Shown: positions 38,145-39,593 of the stretch, one piece after another
Layout of the letters: each line of letters begins with the position of its first letter
Position numbering within the stretch: position 1 is the stretch's first letter
Virus record (IMG/VR): IMGVR_UViG_3300012953_000073
Coordinates: 1 to 39,593 of that record
DNA length: 39,593 nucleotides
Source: a virus
Lineage: Duplodnaviria; Caudoviricetes
Reading direction: 5' to 3' (one strand)
The notes under the pieces: model-generated
Told to the model about the DNA's origin: nothing
What the model saw: the letters and a program-made list of their open reading frames with translations, nothing else
Databases searched by the model: none
Position numbers and translations under genes: made by a program

Positions 38145-38474
38145 ATGAGAAGAGTTAAAAAACCGTGGGGCCACGAAATCATCTGGGCCGAAACAAAGGA
38201 TTATGTGGGTAAAATCCTCCATATCAACGCAGGCCAGCGATTGTCTAAGCAGTATCACGAAGTTAAAGAAGAGACTGTGTACGTGATCAGAGGCACGCTG
38301 TACAACTACGACGAGCATGATAGAATTCAGAAAATAATGCCGGGCGAATCCTTCCACGTTGTACCACACCAGGTACATAGATTTGGAGCGAATGAGTCGA
38401 GCGTGGAGATTGTTGAGGTAAGTACCCCGCATTTAGGCGACGTTGTGAGATTGGAGGATGATTATGAAAGATAG
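38145..38474 (+). CDS. Cupin (mannose-6-phosphate isomerase C-terminal-like)
   Basis: KPWG, LSKQYH..KEET, H.VHRF and EVSTP..DVVRLEDDY motifs. Confidence 0.85.
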   Translation: MRRVKKPWGHEIIWAETKDYVGKILHINAGQRLSKQYHEVKEETVYVIRGTLYNYDEHDRIQKIMPGESFHVVPHQVHRFGANESSVEIVEVSTPHLGDVVRLEDDYER

Positions 38475-38476
38475 CA

Positions 38477-38486
38477 ACTATTTATA
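38477..38486 (+). promoter_or_regulatory. Putative late-promoter motif ACTATTTATA
   Basis: Intergenic, 17 nt upstream of ATG 38504. Confidence 0.5.
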
Positions 38487-38503
38487 GTGTTGGAGTTAAA
38501 TTA

Positions 38504-39593
38504 ATGGATATATCTACAGGTAATTGGTTTGAGTATCTTCGCGAAGAAGTTTTAACAGAGGGCTTGCGAGACATAGGCTTGCCCGAGAGCGTTGTTGATT
38601 TTATTGAGTCAGCGATGCCCCAAGCACCCGAGAAAGCAAAGACATACGCAGGCAACGAATGGAAGAAATACGAGTTGCCCCGCAACGGAAGAACCTTTGC
38701 TCAAAATAATTGGGGAGGCTTTATGGAAAGAATCTTTAAAGACGAAATTCAGGCTATTGCCCCAGAGGATAGATCCCCCGGCTCCGTAGAGAATTACAGA
38801 GCAAGAACAATGACCCCGTATTATGTCGGCGGCGTCGATGGCAAGCCCGTTGTGCGTAAGGAGTACGACGAGGAAATGATTGAGCAAAACAAGCGCATTG
38901 TTTTCGTGGCTCAAAATGTAATGAACGTCTTAGCAAAGCCTTCAGCAGCTTGGCGCAAAGCCTTTATGAAAGCAGTCAAGGCTTTAAGTAAGGCAGGCGT
39001 CGAATCCGAAAAGGTCGAGAAAGTAAAAGAAGAACTTGCCGCCACAATGATACGCGAGTTTAAAGGTTGGTGGTATAACTATGATCAATTGTTCTCTTGG
39101 CTTAACGACGAGCCCACTAACTATGAGTTAATCAAAGGTGAAGACGATATTAACACAGCCTTCAACATAGCCAAAGAAGAGTTAGAGAACAAAGAAGATC
39201 CAGATATGGTTATTCACCAGTTTGATAACGGACTCTACTGGTACAACCTGAATACATACAATTGCTCTATTGAAGGCGAGCGTATGGGACACTGCGGATC
39301 AGACTCGCGTGGTGTGCTAGTATCCCTCCGCGAACGCAGAGAGAAGCGCAAGGCATCATCGTCATATGTCACTATGACTTGGAACGAGAACGATGAAATA
39401 CTCTACCAAATCAAAGGACGAGGCAACAACGCACCGGACGAAGAACTTTGGGAATACATTAGCTGGTTCATCCAGAATGCACCTATCCGATCAGTTATGG
39501 AAACCGGCGAACATTCTAACGATTTGTCCGGCTTCGAAGAAATGAATGCGTATCTACAAGACGAAAACCCTGACGTTAGTTTTGATGGGGTGC
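38504..39593 (+). CDS. 3'-truncated ORF (absent from the ORF track) with a PcfJ-like domain
   Basis: Starts MDISTGNWFEYLREEVLTEGLRD and stays open to the window end. Contains EGERMGHCG...LVSLR...YVT...QIKGRGN. Confidence 0.7.
   Translation, partial: MDISTGNWFEYLREEVLTEGLRDIGLPESVVDFIESAMPQAPEKAKTYAGNEWKKYELPRNGRTFAQNNWGGFMERIFKDEIQAIAPEDRSPGSVENYRARTMTPYYVGGVDGKPVVRKEYDEEMIEQNKRIVFVAQNVMNVLAKPSAAWRKAFMKAVKALSKAGVESEKVEKVKEELAATMIREFKGWWYNYDQLFSWLNDEPTNYELIKGEDDINTAFNIAKEELENKEDPDMVIHQFDNGLYWYNLNTYNCSIEGERMGHCGSDSRGVLVSLRERREKRKASSSYVTMTWNENDEILYQIKGRGNNAPDEELWEYISWFIQNAPIRSVMETGEHSNDLSGFEEMNAYLQDENPDVSFDGV

Noticed and set aside
1-39593. tRNA or rRNA genes and alternative genetic code
   Set aside because: Intergenic gaps are short with no cloverleaf seen. 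TAA, TAG and TGA all end genes at sensible positions.

Overview
This window is about 39.6 kb of a large tailed-phage (myovirus-like) genome. Every credible gene is on the + strand and uses the standard genetic code. It opens with a tail module: tape measure (5' truncated), a tube/baseplate protein, a LysM wedge-like protein and a hub-like protein. A replication module follows: compact family A polymerase, degenerate tubulin/FtsZ-like protein, Zn-binding gp32-like SSB, RecA/UvsX, 5'-3' exonuclease, gp41/DnaB helicase, class II RNR and DnaE. The rest holds an amidase endolysin, a metalloprotease, a PvuII-like endonuclease/ParB-like/two-methyltransferase block, thioredoxin, IMPDH/GMPR, a stand-alone sigma region-4 protein, ClpP, GroES, GroEL and a J-domain protein, ending in a 3'-truncated PcfJ-like ORF. 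The most striking unannotated signal is three covarying copies of an H-type pseudoknot-forming motif between the SSB and recA genes. Each copy sits after a tandem stop and before an RBS, and together they bracket two tiny envelope-protein genes, one a 36-aa lipoprotein missed by the ORF track. Eight sigma70-type promoters and a recurrent CTATTTA putative late-promoter motif suggest an interleaved early/late layout. All protein calls come from recognising motifs by eye; no database searches were run.
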